64,000 bases of DNA. Source: Candidatus Iainarchaeum sp. Lineage in GTDB: Archaea; Iainarchaeota; Iainarchaeia; Iainarchaeales; GCA-2688035. This document shows, one piece after another, positions 1 through 10,020 of this stretch (position 1 is its first letter; each line of letters starts with the position of its first letter). Both the position numbers and the translations under genes were made by a program. Under the pieces are notes generated by a model. It ran no database searches. It was given only the letters and a program-made list of their open reading frames with translations, and was not told the origin of the DNA. Where the stretch lies: the NCBI GenBank assembly GCA_017610205.1, contig JAFCCL010000006.1, forward strand, positions 42,475 through 106,474, in the 5' to 3' direction.

Positions 1-1
1 T

Positions 2-118
2 CATCAGTCTACAGGAGAGCAGAACATGGAGCAGTCGGATGATTATATTAGAAGCCAGCAGGCACATCACAATGTGCAGGTTATAGATGACAGGCACGCA
101 CAGTTATCAGCGTTTTAA
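2..118 (+). CDS. tnpA: C-terminal end of IS200/IS605-family Y1 (HUH) transposase, truncated by window start
   Basis: Frame reads HQSTGEQNMEQSDDYIRSQQAHH...*, matching the TnpA C-terminal S-x-G...YIxxQ catalytic-Tyr helix; GC-rich hairpins follow. Confidence 0.65.
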   Translation, partial: HQSTGEQNMEQSDDYIRSQQAHHNVQVIDDRHAQLSAF

Positions 119-210
119 GCGCCGAGCGGGGGTACGGCAAGCCCGAACCCAAGTGAGGGCTTGACAGGGAAGCGAGGCGCAAGGGGGTTATAGGGCGCGC
201 AGCCCCCCTA
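119..210 (+). mobile_element. GC-rich structured right end of IS200-like element
   Basis: Stems gcgcc/ggcgc, caagccc/gggcttg and aggggg/ccccct in an otherwise AT-rich window. Confidence 0.6.
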
Positions 211-478
211 TTCCATTCCAAAGTATGAAGGCCTTAAGAAATTATTCGATGAAAACCTTGAAAAAGATTAAGGCAAAAAAGACTATGGCAAGCAGTTTAG
301 TATCAGAACCGGAAAGGTTTTGGCAAAACCTGACTGGATTGAAGCAATTTTCAAAGAAGAGGAAGACACACAAAAAGTTTTCTTGGAATATTTAAACCAT
401 CAAAGAAAAAGGCTTTTGGATGCAAAAGAAAAGTTTGGCAAATCAGAAATTCTTCCGGAAGAATTTGAAGCAAAGTAG
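211..478 (+). pseudogene. 3' remnant of a gene interrupted by the IS, with an internal stop
   Basis: IPKYEGLKKLFDENLEKD*GKKDYGKQF...PEEFEAK*; TAA at 269-271; host-like codon usage. Confidence 0.45.
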
Positions 479-534
479 GATTGCATTGGACAGCAAGGTT
501 TTAATATCTCCTTGCCCTTACTTTACTGGTTTTT

Positions 535-696
535 ATGGCTAACAATCAAATGGTTGGAATGCTTTTGCTTGGTCTTGCAATAGGTAGTTTTATTCCAAGA
601 ACTCTGCCGGCACCAGGAGACGCACTCAATCCGCTAATGCCTTTTGCTGGCTTTATCTTTTTGGCGGTCGCAATAATTTTATTTGTCAAAGGCTAG
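535..696 (+). CDS. Small two-TM membrane protein (53 aa)
   Basis: MANNQMVGMLLLGLAIGSFIPRTLPAPGDALNPLMPFAGFIFLAVAIILFVKG; below the ORF-track cutoff. Confidence 0.6.
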   Translation: MANNQMVGMLLLGLAIGSFIPRTLPAPGDALNPLMPFAGFIFLAVAIILFVKG

Positions 697-732
697 TTCT
701 TATTTGCCAAAGGCTAAGTCTTATTTGCCAAG
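680..732 (+). repeat. About 21-bp tandem repeat (2.5 copies) duplicating the gene's 3' end
   Basis: tatttgtcaaaggctagttct / tatttgccaaaggctaagtct / tatttgccaag. Confidence 0.7.
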
Positions 733-1064
733 ATTAATTTCATGACAATTGCCTTAAACCCCTTCGACAAAAGCGGATTTTTTTGCTTCACCATTTCACT
801 TGTAAAAGTGCTAGAAAGCTTTTTAAATGCCAAAAACCTATTACACTTGGAGATGGTTTGTTAATTATCAAGGCATCAATTTAAAACAAGCAACCGAAAC
901 AAACTCACCCTGTTTTAAGGGCAATAGAAAAAAAGGTTTTGGTTTGTACTCGGCCATCTCCAACCTAAAAGCACTTCTAATTCATATGTCTGAACTCTGT
1001 TCTTTTAAATTTCTTCAAAAAAAGCTAGATTTTTTTGTGGCTTACAATTTTTCCCTTGTTAAGT

Positions 1065-1445
1065 TCAAGCAATCCCAACTTCCTTTAAATGATTTTGTTC
1101 TTCTTCAATCAACTTTTCCAGAATTTGAATATATTCTGCGTTTTGCCCAGGCTTCTTCAAATGCACTAGCAAAGCGTTATCGTAAGCGATTTTTGCATTT
1201 GCAAATTCCAAAAAGTAAGTTCTGAGCTCAGGGTCCTGCCTGGACTTTATCATATCAGAGGCCTTTTCCAAATTAATTTTCCTAGACCTAACAGCATTTA
1301 TGTATTTCCTGCGGAGCAATTCGTAGTTCATGAAAAATACCTGCCCTTTTCCTCTTTTCTGAAACCTTGTGGTAATTTCCTTAAATCTTATTCCCTGTCT
1401 TTTCCAAAAGGGGTTTATCCCAGAACGCCTTCTATTATTTTTCAT
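1065..1445 (-). CDS. Hypothetical protein with basic N-terminus
   Basis: 126 aa ORF MKNNRRRSG..., helical, charged. Confidence 0.6.
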   Translation of the reverse strand: MKNNRRRSGINPFWKRQGIRFKEITTRFQKRGKGQVFFMNYELLRRKYINAVRSRKINLEKASDMIKSRQDPELRTYFLEFANAKIAYDNALLVHLKKPGQNAEYIQILEKLIEEEQNHLKEVGIA

Positions 1446-1482
1446 ACTAAAACCTTGTTTTTCTTAATTTAAATAGATTGCG

Positions 1483-2159
1483 CTACTCTGCCTCAATCTT
1501 TCCGTTTCTCAATTCTTTTTCAGTGAAATCGGTTCTAAGCAATTTTCCTTTTCCAGGCGCAGATAACTGCTTCACACCAATGTTGACTTCTTTCAATTCT
1601 TTGGCATTAAAGCCAGCTAGTGCAATTGAAAAATTACTAAATCTTGCTATAATTATCCATTTTAAGATTTCATCTTTAGTTTAATTGCACCTGCTTCTTT
1701 TCCTAATCTCGAAATCTTTGCGTTCAGTTTTTTAACTTTTTCACTGTTGGCATTCTCCAACTTTGATTGTTCTTTCACAAGGTAAACCTCTTCAAGGCGC
1801 ATTTCCTTCATCTTTAAGTCGTACTGTTCGCTTTGTTTGAGAGCCCATTTGTCTTGCAAGTCCAATAACTCTACAATCTTTTCCAAGAGATAGCTCTCTT
1901 CTTGAAATGACTTCCTTAAGACTTTTAAGTGTGCCTTTTCTCCTTTCACTTGTTATTTTCGAATTGCCCAAAATTTCCAAAAGCCTTCTGGTTTGTTCTC
2001 CAAATGTTAGCACTTCCTCTCCAAACCTGCGATATCCAATATGTCCTTCCATAACTCCTCTAACTTTTTTTTGTCTCTCCTGCTTCCAGTTTTACCAGAA
2101 CCCTGAATGGGCTTATGTAAGTTTGCTGTTCCTAAAACTCTCAATTTTTTCTTTTTCAT
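1483..2159 (-). pseudogene. Multiply frameshifted hypothetical gene
   Basis: MKKKKLRV... start; coding-like reading continues through the 1792-2052 and 1662-1949 frames and a last frame TKDEILKW...KIEAE*; first shift at an A8 run. Confidence 0.5.
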
Positions 2160-2245
2160 TGATAAATTATTGCCTTTTACGTAATTTAAATCTTCTTTTT
2201 TTCAATGAATAGTCTTTTTAATTCAATTATTTTATTCTATACACT

Positions 2246-2755
2246 ATGAGTGAAAAAGATAAATTGATTGAGGCAGCCTTGTTTATGACTCCGCAGGCTG
2301 TTAGTGTTTCAGACTTAATGGAGATTATTTCCGAGTCAAATTACACTATGGCAAAGGGAATTGCTTTGAAGTTTATGAAGGAGTTTAATCAAAGGGATTC
2401 TTCTCTTCAAGTAGTGCTGGTTGAGGACGCTTTTCAGATGGTTATAAAGCCTGCTTATGAGGAAAAAGTAAGGCATCTTGCACAGAAGGCAATGTTTCAT
2501 CCTGGTTTAATGAAAACCCTTGCTTTGATTGCGTTCAAACAGCCTATTGCCCAAAGTCTTGTTGTAAAATACAGAAACAACAAGGCATATGACCACATTC
2601 ACAAGCTTGTTGAAGAGGGTTTTGTTGCAAGGGAGCCAAAGGGAAGAAGCTATACTTTGAGAACCACTAAAAGGTTTTTGGAGTGCTTTGGAGAGGATGC
2701 AATAAAGCAAAAAAAGCTTTCTCCACTTCCTGATCTTGTTGAAAATTTGGATTAG
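2246..2755 (+). CDS. scpB: SMC-Scp complex subunit ScpB
   Basis: IEAALF, TLALIAFKQPI, TTKRFLECFG motifs. Confidence 0.9.
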   Translation: MSEKDKLIEAALFMTPQAVSVSDLMEIISESNYTMAKGIALKFMKEFNQRDSSLQVVLVEDAFQMVIKPAYEEKVRHLAQKAMFHPGLMKTLALIAFKQPIAQSLVVKYRNNKAYDHIHKLVEEGFVAREPKGRSYTLRTTKRFLECFGEDAIKQKKLSPLPDLVENLD

Positions 2756-2770
2756 AATTAAATAAAGGAA

Positions 2771-3424
2771 TTAAAATTCTAATTTTCTTTGAAAAACTTT
2801 GTTTTCAATGTTCTTGCTTGTTGCCCAGCTTTTTCTTGCAAAGTCCGGCAATTTTTTGTTTTTTTTAACCCAGTTGTGCATAAAAGCAATTGTGTTGGGG
2901 TCGTGGGGGTACCCTGAACCTATGTTTCCATACTTTCTGCTGAGTTTTCTTATTGCCTTGTCTCTTTCAACCTTTGCAATTATTGAAGCAGCGCTTACAA
3001 TTGGATAATTTATATCTGCCTTGTGTTCTGCCCTTATTTCTAATTTGAATGAAATGTATTTTTCAATCCTTTTTCCAAAGTTTTTTGCAATGGGGTCTGG
3101 TGAGTCAACAAATGCCACATCCGGCTTTTTTTTGAGACTGTTTAGCAGGTAACCTATTCTCATTGCCTCTATTTCGTTCAGGTTTTTTCTGTTGCGCAAT
3201 GTGTCAATTTCCCCTGCCTTGATGTGAACAGAATTAAATTCGTGAAGTAACGCTGGCAATATTTTGTTCTGTCTGTTTCTTTCCTTTTCGTTTAATAGTT
3301 TGCTGTCTTTGACTCCGAGGTCAACAAGTTTTTCTTCGTGCTTTTTTTCAATACTTGCAATGCTTAAAACCATTGGTCCAAGGGCTGGCCCTCTTCCTGC
3401 TTCGTCAACGCCTGCAATCAGCAT
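2771..3424 (-). CDS. rnhB: Ribonuclease HII
   Basis: GVDEAGRGP, DSKLL, VSAASIIAKVERD, GSGYP. Confidence 0.97.
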   Translation of the reverse strand: MLIAGVDEAGRGPALGPMVLSIASIEKKHEEKLVDLGVKDSKLLNEKERNRQNKILPALLHEFNSVHIKAGEIDTLRNRKNLNEIEAMRIGYLLNSLKKKPDVAFVDSPDPIAKNFGKRIEKYISFKLEIRAEHKADINYPIVSAASIIAKVERDKAIRKLSRKYGNIGSGYPHDPNTIAFMHNWVKKNKKLPDFARKSWATSKNIENKVFQRKLEF

Positions 3425-3434
3425 ATAAAAACCT

Positions 3435-3749
3435 TTATTTTCTTATTTTGTTCACGCCTCTGTTTACCAAATCAACGCTTTTGTCGCATTTTTCGCATTC
3501 TTCCAGCAAATCCATGCAACGCCTTTTGTTTTCAATAGCGTTGTTTATGTCTCCTGCTTCAGCGTCTTCTCTTCTAAGTGCATTGAATTTGGTGTGGAAG
3601 AATTCAACAAGATTTTTCAGTCCCTTTTGCACATTCTGCCTTTCAGGTTCGGAACTCCTCAACCTGCTTCTTCCCTTGCACAGCATGCAATGCCTTTTCA
3701 AAAAAGCAACTTTGTCGGAAACAAGCTCTTCATTTGTCAACTCAACCAT
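3435..3749 (-). CDS. Hypothetical protein with two CxxC motifs
   Basis: CMLC and CEKC; 10 bp upstream of rnhB on the same strand. Confidence 0.7.
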   Translation of the reverse strand: MVELTNEELVSDKVAFLKRHCMLCKGRSRLRSSEPERQNVQKGLKNLVEFFHTKFNALRREDAEAGDINNAIENKRRCMDLLEECEKCDKSVDLVNRGVNKIRK

Positions 3750-3775
3750 TTTAACCAGTAATATTATAGTAGTTG

Positions 3776-4216
3776 GTTATAAAAAAAGTTTCTGTTTTTT
3801 GTTCCGAAAGAATAAAATAGGGGTTTGAACTTATTAAGTAATACAAATGCCTAGAAAGCCAGCAAAAAAACCAAAAAGAAAACTAAGCGAAAGAATGCGA
3901 AACTGGAGAGCGTACAGAAGAGAGTCTGCTCCAGTCAGGAAACGACTTAAAGAACTTCGTAAAGGAGATAAAAAACTTAGGAGAGCAACTGATCTTGAAA
4001 CAATGTTAAGGAGACTGGGAAATTACGCCATTGCCGGGGAAGAACTGGCAAAGATTAAGAAAAAATATGGTTACAAATAATTCTTCTTCAACCCCTCAAT
4101 GGTTTTGCAGGCATAAAAAGGTTTGACTAATTAAGATGATTTAAGGATACGTCAAATTCAATATGTTAATATTATGCTTCCATTAAATTAAGTTATAAAA
4201 AAAGTTTCTGTTTTTT
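3776..4216. repeat. 25-bp direct repeat pair (3776-3800, 4192-4216) bracketing a small orphan ORF
   Basis: gttataaaaaaagtttctgtttttt twice; reads as BRE/TATA on the minus strand. Confidence 0.75.
3847..4080 (+). CDS. Small very basic hypothetical protein
   Basis: MPRKPAKKPKRK..., 77 aa. Confidence 0.65.
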   Translation: MPRKPAKKPKRKLSERMRNWRAYRRESAPVRKRLKELRKGDKKLRRATDLETMLRRLGNYAIAGEELAKIKKKYGYK

Positions 4217-4332
4217 TCTGGTTCTATATAAATCATTTATAAATTGAAGAAAAGCGTTCATATAATTGAGGTGATTTCATGAATGCTTTGTATCCAATAG
4301 AGCTTTCAGGTTTTTATAAGTTATGCATTAAG

Positions 4333-5648
4333 CAGTAGATTCGCAAGTGCTTGATTGAGAGCTGTTTTTCGTGCTTTTCTGTTGATGTTGTTGTTGCGTG
4401 TTTTGAGTTTGTTAGAGTAGGTGTTTGTTGTAGTGTGCTGATAGCGTGCATGTTTGCTCCTGTTGTGTATGCTGATGTCTAGTGCATGTGTGTTGGGGTG
4501 TGTGTGGTTGCTATGTGTCTGTTCTGTTTGGGTTTGCAAGGCTTGTGGCAGCAAGCTTTTCGATAACTTTTTTGAATGTTGCAATTGTTGTTGTGGTAGT
4601 GTTTCTTGCGTTGTACCATGCGTTGTACAGTAGGGATTCCATGTAGAAGTATAGCATTCTTACTGTGTTGTTTGTGGTGGTTGTCTTGGCTCTGAACCTT
4701 TTCTTTGACTTGTAGCCGGTTTCAATGCTCCATCTCTTGCGGTACAGTTCTCTGAGGTAAAGAGTGTTGTCTGTTTAGATGTTTGTTGCAAAGCAGTATA
4801 CTGGTCTTGGTTTGTTTGGTTCTTTGGTTTCACTGCGAGTCATGCCGAGGTTGAATGTTTGTTTTTCTTTCCTGCCGACAGCGTGTTGTATTACTATAGG
4901 TAGCTTGTTTTCGTTTTGTTTGATGGCTCGCTTGATTGCTTTGTCTCTTGGAACAGGCATCACAAACTTTGTTTTCAACAGCTTCAGTGCCTTAATGCAT
5001 GCAACAGTGTAAAACGCTCTATCTAACAGAATACAGGTGATTTGAGCGTGTTTTCTGGCAACCTGCATGAGCTCTTGTACTACTGTTGCTTTGCTGTCAT
5101 CATCTACTGAGAGTTTTCTTACTGCAAGTGTTAGCCAGCAGTCACCCTCAACAATCTCCAGTGTCGCAAATTGGTGGCAGTAGTTTGTGCCTCTTTGCCT
5201 CTTTGTTCCTCTGACATTAGGATTGTTTTTGTCTCCGTAGTATAGGATGTCATGATAGTCAATGGCCATAGTGTAGCGTTTCTTTTCGTGTCCTTTCAAC
5301 ATTCTTTTTACTGTAGAGTTGAATGCTTTCCTAACAATCTTTCTGTTGGTTTGTTTGAGCCGTCTCAATAACGTGTCTGCTGAAGCAACCAGTGCATCAG
5401 AGCACTCTATTTTGAGCTGGTTGCTTGCTTCTTCTGCAGACAACTGGTTTACAAACATGTATAGCAACAGTCGGAATAACTGGCTAAGTTTGTGTTTGCT
5501 GTTGTATTTTTGGGTGTATCCCAAGGTGTTTGAAGAAAAAACGCCTAATAATACTGACCTGTTTCCCAGAAACAAGTATTTTATTTACTCTCCCCTAACA
5601 AATAAAACTATCGAGTCAGCTAATCAGAACCCACTTGCGGAAGTACTG
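4333..5648 (-). mobile_element. ISH3-family insertion sequence
   Basis: Terminal IRs CAGTAGATTCGCAAGTG (4333-4349) and CACTTGCGGAAGTACTG (5632-5648), 14/17 match; DDE transposase inside; no TSD seen. Confidence 0.85.
4479..5575 (-). pseudogene. ISH3/IS4-type DDE transposase with an in-frame nonsense codon
   Basis: AIDYH, LLDRAFY, FATNI*, then in the same frame YRKRWSIETGYK; TAA at 4775-4777. Confidence 0.85.
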
Positions 5649-5704
5649 GGCAGGAGGAAAGTAATTTATATAAGAAAGAACAAAATAAATCTAGAGGAAT
5701 TGAA

Positions 5705-5926
5705 ATGGATACAAAATATAAAATCATTTTCAAATCATTGTTTTTTTTTGTAGCTGTTGCAATTCTTACAGCAAGCTTTATTGTCACACTTTTTGAAGGA
5801 ATTATAATGCAATTTAATGACCTTGAATTTGACGCAATGGGTCTTTACATTGTTTCAATAATTGCCCTAATCGCAGCTTTGGCAGTAATGAAAAGGGCAA
5901 AACACATGCTTTGGACAGCTGCCTAA
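5705..5926 (+). CDS. Small two-TM membrane protein
   Basis: 73 aa with two hydrophobic segments; gagga upstream. Confidence 0.7.
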   Translation: MDTKYKIIFKSLFFFVAVAILTASFIVTLFEGIIMQFNDLEFDAMGLYIVSIIALIAALAVMKRAKHMLWTAA

Positions 5927-5982
5927 AACAGGAATCAAAAGCCATATTAATCACTTAACACCTATTTAAAACCAGTTTAAGC

Positions 5983-7506
5983 ATGAAGAAAAAAGGGCAG
6001 GCTGCAGCAGAATTGCTGATAATTCTGGCGGTTGCAATAGTTGTACTAATTGCAATCTACAGCTTTAGCTTTGAAGCAATAACAGATATTGGACAAGAAC
6101 AAATTATTGAAACAGCACAAACAAGCGTGAAGGATTTGGCAAACGCTACAAACGACGTTTATGAGCAAGGAGTCGGGGCAAAAAAACGGGTTTTCTATCA
6201 GGTACCAGGAAATGTTGATGAAAGCAAAAGCGGAATTGAAGGAAATGCCTTTGTCCTGAACGTACTTAAATCAGATGTTTATGCTTCAGCAAACACCTGC
6301 CTTTTGGGAGAAATGCCTACAAGCACAGGAGGGCACTTTGTATGGCTTACTGCACAGGAGCAATGTGTTTTTGTAGGAATTGAAAACCTTGAAATAAGCA
6401 AAACAAGCAGTTACATTACATTAAACCAAAGCGATTCTGAAACAGACTCTGTAACCATAACAAACAATGGAGAAGAAACAGCAGACATTTTTCTTACAAG
6501 AAACTGGAGCCACACAGGAACAACAGACCTTGACCTTGACATATATATATTCTCACTTAACGCAGGGCAATCGCAAACAGTGACATTGACATACTCTTCA
6601 AGCGCGAGTGCCTCTGGCAACTATACCGGCAGCGTTTCAATTGATGCAGCCTTTGCATCAGGCAATGAAAGCAATTCACTGCCTGTTACTGCAGACGTGC
6701 TTGTTGCAGGCGGAGGTGAGATACTTGTTGTCTTTCCTGCAACAAGAACAAGTGACTATAATGCAGGCGAAACAGAGAATTATTCATTTCAGGTTTGCAA
6801 CAACGGGGACAGCGCGTTAACTAATATATCGTTTTCAGACAGCGGAAGAATTGCTGACTGGATTGACGCAGAATCAATTCCAATAATTGCCCTGCTTGCA
6901 GCAGGCAGTTGCGAAACAGTTTCTTACACTTTGACTCACCATGGGTTACGACGCCTAGTGCCACTGATTGGCACGATTATTGCAACAGACGGCACCTACA
7001 GTGACAACCTTGCAATAACTGTTGTTATTCCAGCAGCACCTCCAGAACCAACAGTAATTGCTTTTGATGTTTTCCCAAACAGTACCTGGGATGAAGGAAG
7101 TGGCTGGCTTGAAGACTGGACCCATTCAGGGGATGCATCTCTTAGAACAATCGGTAATCCACACAGTTTGCCAAGGCACCTTAGACTAAGAAGGGCAACA
7201 GGCTATGTCAAAAGACCTGTTGACCTGAGCAGCTACACAAATCCAAGAATTGAATTCTGGGCAAAAGCTATTAGCTGGGAATCTGGTGACGAAGCACATG
7301 TTTTGGTCAGCCACAATGATTCTGACTGGCATACCCTAAAAACATGGGTTAACGGAGAGGATGATGGTGTATATCACTTCTATGAATTTAATTTAAATCC
7401 TTATACCTTGAGCAGTGAATTCTGGATAGCATTTGATGCAGAAATGAACAATAAGAATGATTATTTCTATGTTGATGACGTAAATATTGTTGAAAGGACC
7501 CAGTAA
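5983..7506 (+). CDS. Large minor pilin/adhesin with class III signal peptide
   Basis: MKKKGQ-AAAELLII; Ig-like repeats and a C-terminal jelly-roll-like domain. Confidence 0.85.
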   Translation: MKKKGQAAAELLIILAVAIVVLIAIYSFSFEAITDIGQEQIIETAQTSVKDLANATNDVYEQGVGAKKRVFYQVPGNVDESKSGIEGNAFVLNVLKSDVYASANTCLLGEMPTSTGGHFVWLTAQEQCVFVGIENLEISKTSSYITLNQSDSETDSVTITNNGEETADIFLTRNWSHTGTTDLDLDIYIFSLNAGQSQTVTLTYSSSASASGNYTGSVSIDAAFASGNESNSLPVTADVLVAGGGEILVVFPATRTSDYNAGETENYSFQVCNNGDSALTNISFSDSGRIADWIDAESIPIIALLAAGSCETVSYTLTHHGLRRLVPLIGTIIATDGTYSDNLAITVVIPAAPPEPTVIAFDVFPNSTWDEGSGWLEDWTHSGDASLRTIGNPHSLPRHLRLRRATGYVKRPVDLSSYTNPRIEFWAKAISWESGDEAHVLVSHNDSDWHTLKTWVNGEDDGVYHFYEFNLNPYTLSSEFWIAFDAEMNNKNDYFYVDDVNIVERTQ

Positions 7507-7518
7507 CGGAAGGTTAAA

Positions 7519-7911
7519 ATGGATATAAGGGCACAGGTTTCGGTTGAGTTCCTAATAGTTTTGATACTGCTCCTTGGACTGCTTTTGTTTTCGCTTGCTG
7601 TTTTTAGCGAAAAAAATGAAGGATTTATTTTAAGCAAGGAAAATTACAAAGCAAGGCTTATTGCCAACCAGATTGCTGAAAAAGCAAACACAGTACTTAC
7701 TTCAGGAAATGGAGCAGAAGTAAGTTTTAGGCTTAAGAAATTGGAGGGTTTTGAGCCAAGTGTTGCAGGAAATGCAGTAAGGGTTTCGTGGCGCGATAAC
7801 TTTGTTGATTCGCCATTGCTAACTAACGATGTAACAGTAAACAACCTTGCATTAGGAGAGGGAATAAAAATTAAAAATCAGAAGGGGGAGATTGTAATTG
7901 ACTTTGCTTAA
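7519..7911 (+). CDS. Minor pilin, class III signal peptide
   Basis: RAQVSVEFLIV. Confidence 0.85.
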   Translation: MDIRAQVSVEFLIVLILLLGLLLFSLAVFSEKNEGFILSKENYKARLIANQIAEKANTVLTSGNGAEVSFRLKKLEGFEPSVAGNAVRVSWRDNFVDSPLLTNDVTVNNLALGEGIKIKNQKGEIVIDFA

Positions 7912-8404
7912 TAGAAATGGCCAGATTTTTTCAATAGATTTAATGCTTGCCTCAATAATTTTTCTTCTAATACTAACAACCGCGACAATTTACAGCAACC
8001 ATATTGCAAACAGGATTTATTTTTTGGAACAGGATGCAGAAATGAGACAGGCTGGCCAGCAGGCAGCCAATGGATTGGTTTTAACAGGAGGAAATCCTGC
8101 AAACTGGCAAAATCAGGGATTGAAAAATGTTAATTCGATTGGAATTGCAAGCAGTGCAAACAATCTCAAAAAAAACAAAATGCAGCGGCTTTCCTCACTG
8201 GCTTCAAGCAATTACGAGGAAGTGAAAGACATTCTTGGAATTGCAAAATTTGATTTTAAAATTGATGTTATAAGCATGAAGGGTAATTTTGTGGTTGAAA
8301 GCTTTGGCGCAAGGCCTGAAAGCGAAAGCAGCATAGTAAGCATTAACAGGATTGCGTTTTATGACGGAAACAATGTTGTTGTAAGGCTGAAGGTGTTTAA
8401 ATGA
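7898..8404 (+). CDS. Minor pilin-like protein
   Basis: NGQIFSIDLMLA; G-x-PxNW motif; overlaps its neighbours. Confidence 0.8.
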   Translation: MTLLNRNGQIFSIDLMLASIIFLLILTTATIYSNHIANRIYFLEQDAEMRQAGQQAANGLVLTGGNPANWQNQGLKNVNSIGIASSANNLKKNKMQRLSSLASSNYEEVKDILGIAKFDFKIDVISMKGNFVVESFGARPESESSIVSINRIAFYDGNNVVVRLKVFK

Positions 8405-8853
8405 AACATGCAAAAAACGGAAAGGAAAAAGGATTTATAATTTCATTCGAAGCTATTATTGCATTGCTTGTTTTTGCAGTGCTTATTGGCACAAGCGTTT
8501 TTTATCTTGAACAGAGTGTGCCAGAGGCAAGAAACAGCCTGCTATTGAAAGAAACTGCATCCGATACCTTGACTGTTTTGGACAAAACAACTATTTTGCA
8601 GGATGCCATTGACAACAGAAGCAGTTTAGGCATAAATTCTTTTTTTGCAAGACTTCCATACAACAAATGCGCAGAAGTTATTATTTACAATGAATCAGAC
8701 CTTAACACCGCAATCCTTAGTGTCTTAAGACAAGATTGTGAAAAAACATTTGACGAGCTTGCAACAGTTAAACGAGGCTTCTTTATTGAAAGTAACGGCA
8801 ACCTTGACTTTTACATTGCAGAATTAAATATGTGGGTGAGGGAAACAGCATGA
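8401..8853 (+). CDS. Minor pilin-like protein
   Basis: KGFIISFEAIIAL. Confidence 0.8.
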   Translation: MKHAKNGKEKGFIISFEAIIALLVFAVLIGTSVFYLEQSVPEARNSLLLKETASDTLTVLDKTTILQDAIDNRSSLGINSFFARLPYNKCAEVIIYNESDLNTAILSVLRQDCEKTFDELATVKRGFFIESNGNLDFYIAELNMWVRETA

Positions 8854-9725
8854 GGAAGGGATTTGTGATTTCAATCAGCACCTTTCTGGTAATGATAACT
8901 GTGGTGTGGTTCAGTATTTTTTACACAGGATTTATGCAAAACCAGGAAGCAGACATTTACAGCACTTATCCTATTGAAAAAGCCGGCTTTGTTGCAGATG
9001 ACATAATATGGGATGTGAATCAAATCGTTGGCATTGGACAAAGTGTTGAAAGGAGAACAGATTTTATGAGGATTGAAATAAAGGACAAGCTTCCTGCAGA
9101 TATAAACAAGCTGCAGCTGATTGACTACAATGAATTTGTTGACATAAATTACAGTGAAAAACAAAATGCCTCAATTAACCTTGATTTTTCAAATTTGCTT
9201 GACGGAAAGGTTGAACTTCTTTTCAGCAACGGTCTTGTATACGAGCACCAATATTCAGGAGACCAGAACTTTTCCAAGTTTTACAGGAACGATGGCAGCG
9301 ATACAGGTGTTTTTACCTACGACATAAATGTTTTTGTGCAAAATGCAAGATATGACAGTGGAGAATCCGAGGAATGGGACTGCGACAATGACGGAGATGT
9401 GAATGTGAATTTAAGGTATAGCGATAGCTATGGGGAAAGCGTTAATAGTTTTTGCCAACAGGATTCTGAAGAAGAGTATGAATATGAGTTTGAATTTGAT
9501 AGTGTTGCAGGAAGCCTTGTTGTAAGTTTTGGAGATGTACAAGGCAATGAGAATTCACTAAAGATAAGGAATAATATCGGAAACCCAAATGTTGAAGTAG
9601 TTGTTTCAATCAGTGCAGAGCTTGCTTCTCCAACTGAAGAAGTTGTATGGTATTATGATGCAGACCTGAATTATGTGCAGGGGGCTGTTGAATTGAATAG
9701 AAAAATTGAATTGGGAAGAAGCTAA
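8850..9725 (+). CDS. Minor pilin-like protein
   Basis: MRKGFVISIS followed by a hydrophobic stretch; ATGA overlap with the previous gene. Confidence 0.75.
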   Translation: MRKGFVISISTFLVMITVVWFSIFYTGFMQNQEADIYSTYPIEKAGFVADDIIWDVNQIVGIGQSVERRTDFMRIEIKDKLPADINKLQLIDYNEFVDINYSEKQNASINLDFSNLLDGKVELLFSNGLVYEHQYSGDQNFSKFYRNDGSDTGVFTYDINVFVQNARYDSGESEEWDCDNDGDVNVNLRYSDSYGESVNSFCQQDSEEEYEYEFEFDSVAGSLVVSFGDVQGNENSLKIRNNIGNPNVEVVVSISAELASPTEEVVWYYDADLNYVQGAVELNRKIELGRS

Positions 9726-9808
9726 TTATATTAGCCGGAATCACTTTTGTTGTTTATAATTAATTTCATTTTCGTTTCTTATAATTAGTTGTTATTTTTA
9801 CTTTGCTT

Positions 9809-9898
9809 TTAGGGTGCTTTTTTCCGGTAGTTTTTCTTTTTTCCTTCAGGCTGGGCAAAAAGTGCAATAACTGCCAGCAGAAACAACAATTTTTTCAT
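9809..9898 (-). pseudogene. Internally deleted stub paralogous to 10021-11502
   Basis: MKKLLFLLAVIALFAQ versus MKKLLFLLVILVFFAQ; near-identical DNA around the start codon. Confidence 0.55.
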
Positions 9899-10020
9899 TC
9901 AAGGATTACCTTTTTAAATGTCCATTCAATCATTATCTTTGAAATTGTTCTTTATATAAATAGTCTCTTATATACAAAATAGTTTTCCTAAGGCAAGACA
10001 GGAAAAATAGTTATTTTTGT

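Noticed and set aside
827-1225. 132-aa plus-strand ORF
   Set aside because: Overlaps the more credible minus-strand gene and has no recognisable motifs.
4775-4777. Stop-codon reassignment or readthrough
   Set aside because: TAA, TAG and TGA all terminate conserved genes normally in this window; this is a single nonsense mutation.
6930-6975. Possible compensated frameshift in the large pilin (HHGLRRLVPL versus alternative frame SPWVTTPSAT)
   Set aside because: Too short to support without homolog alignment.
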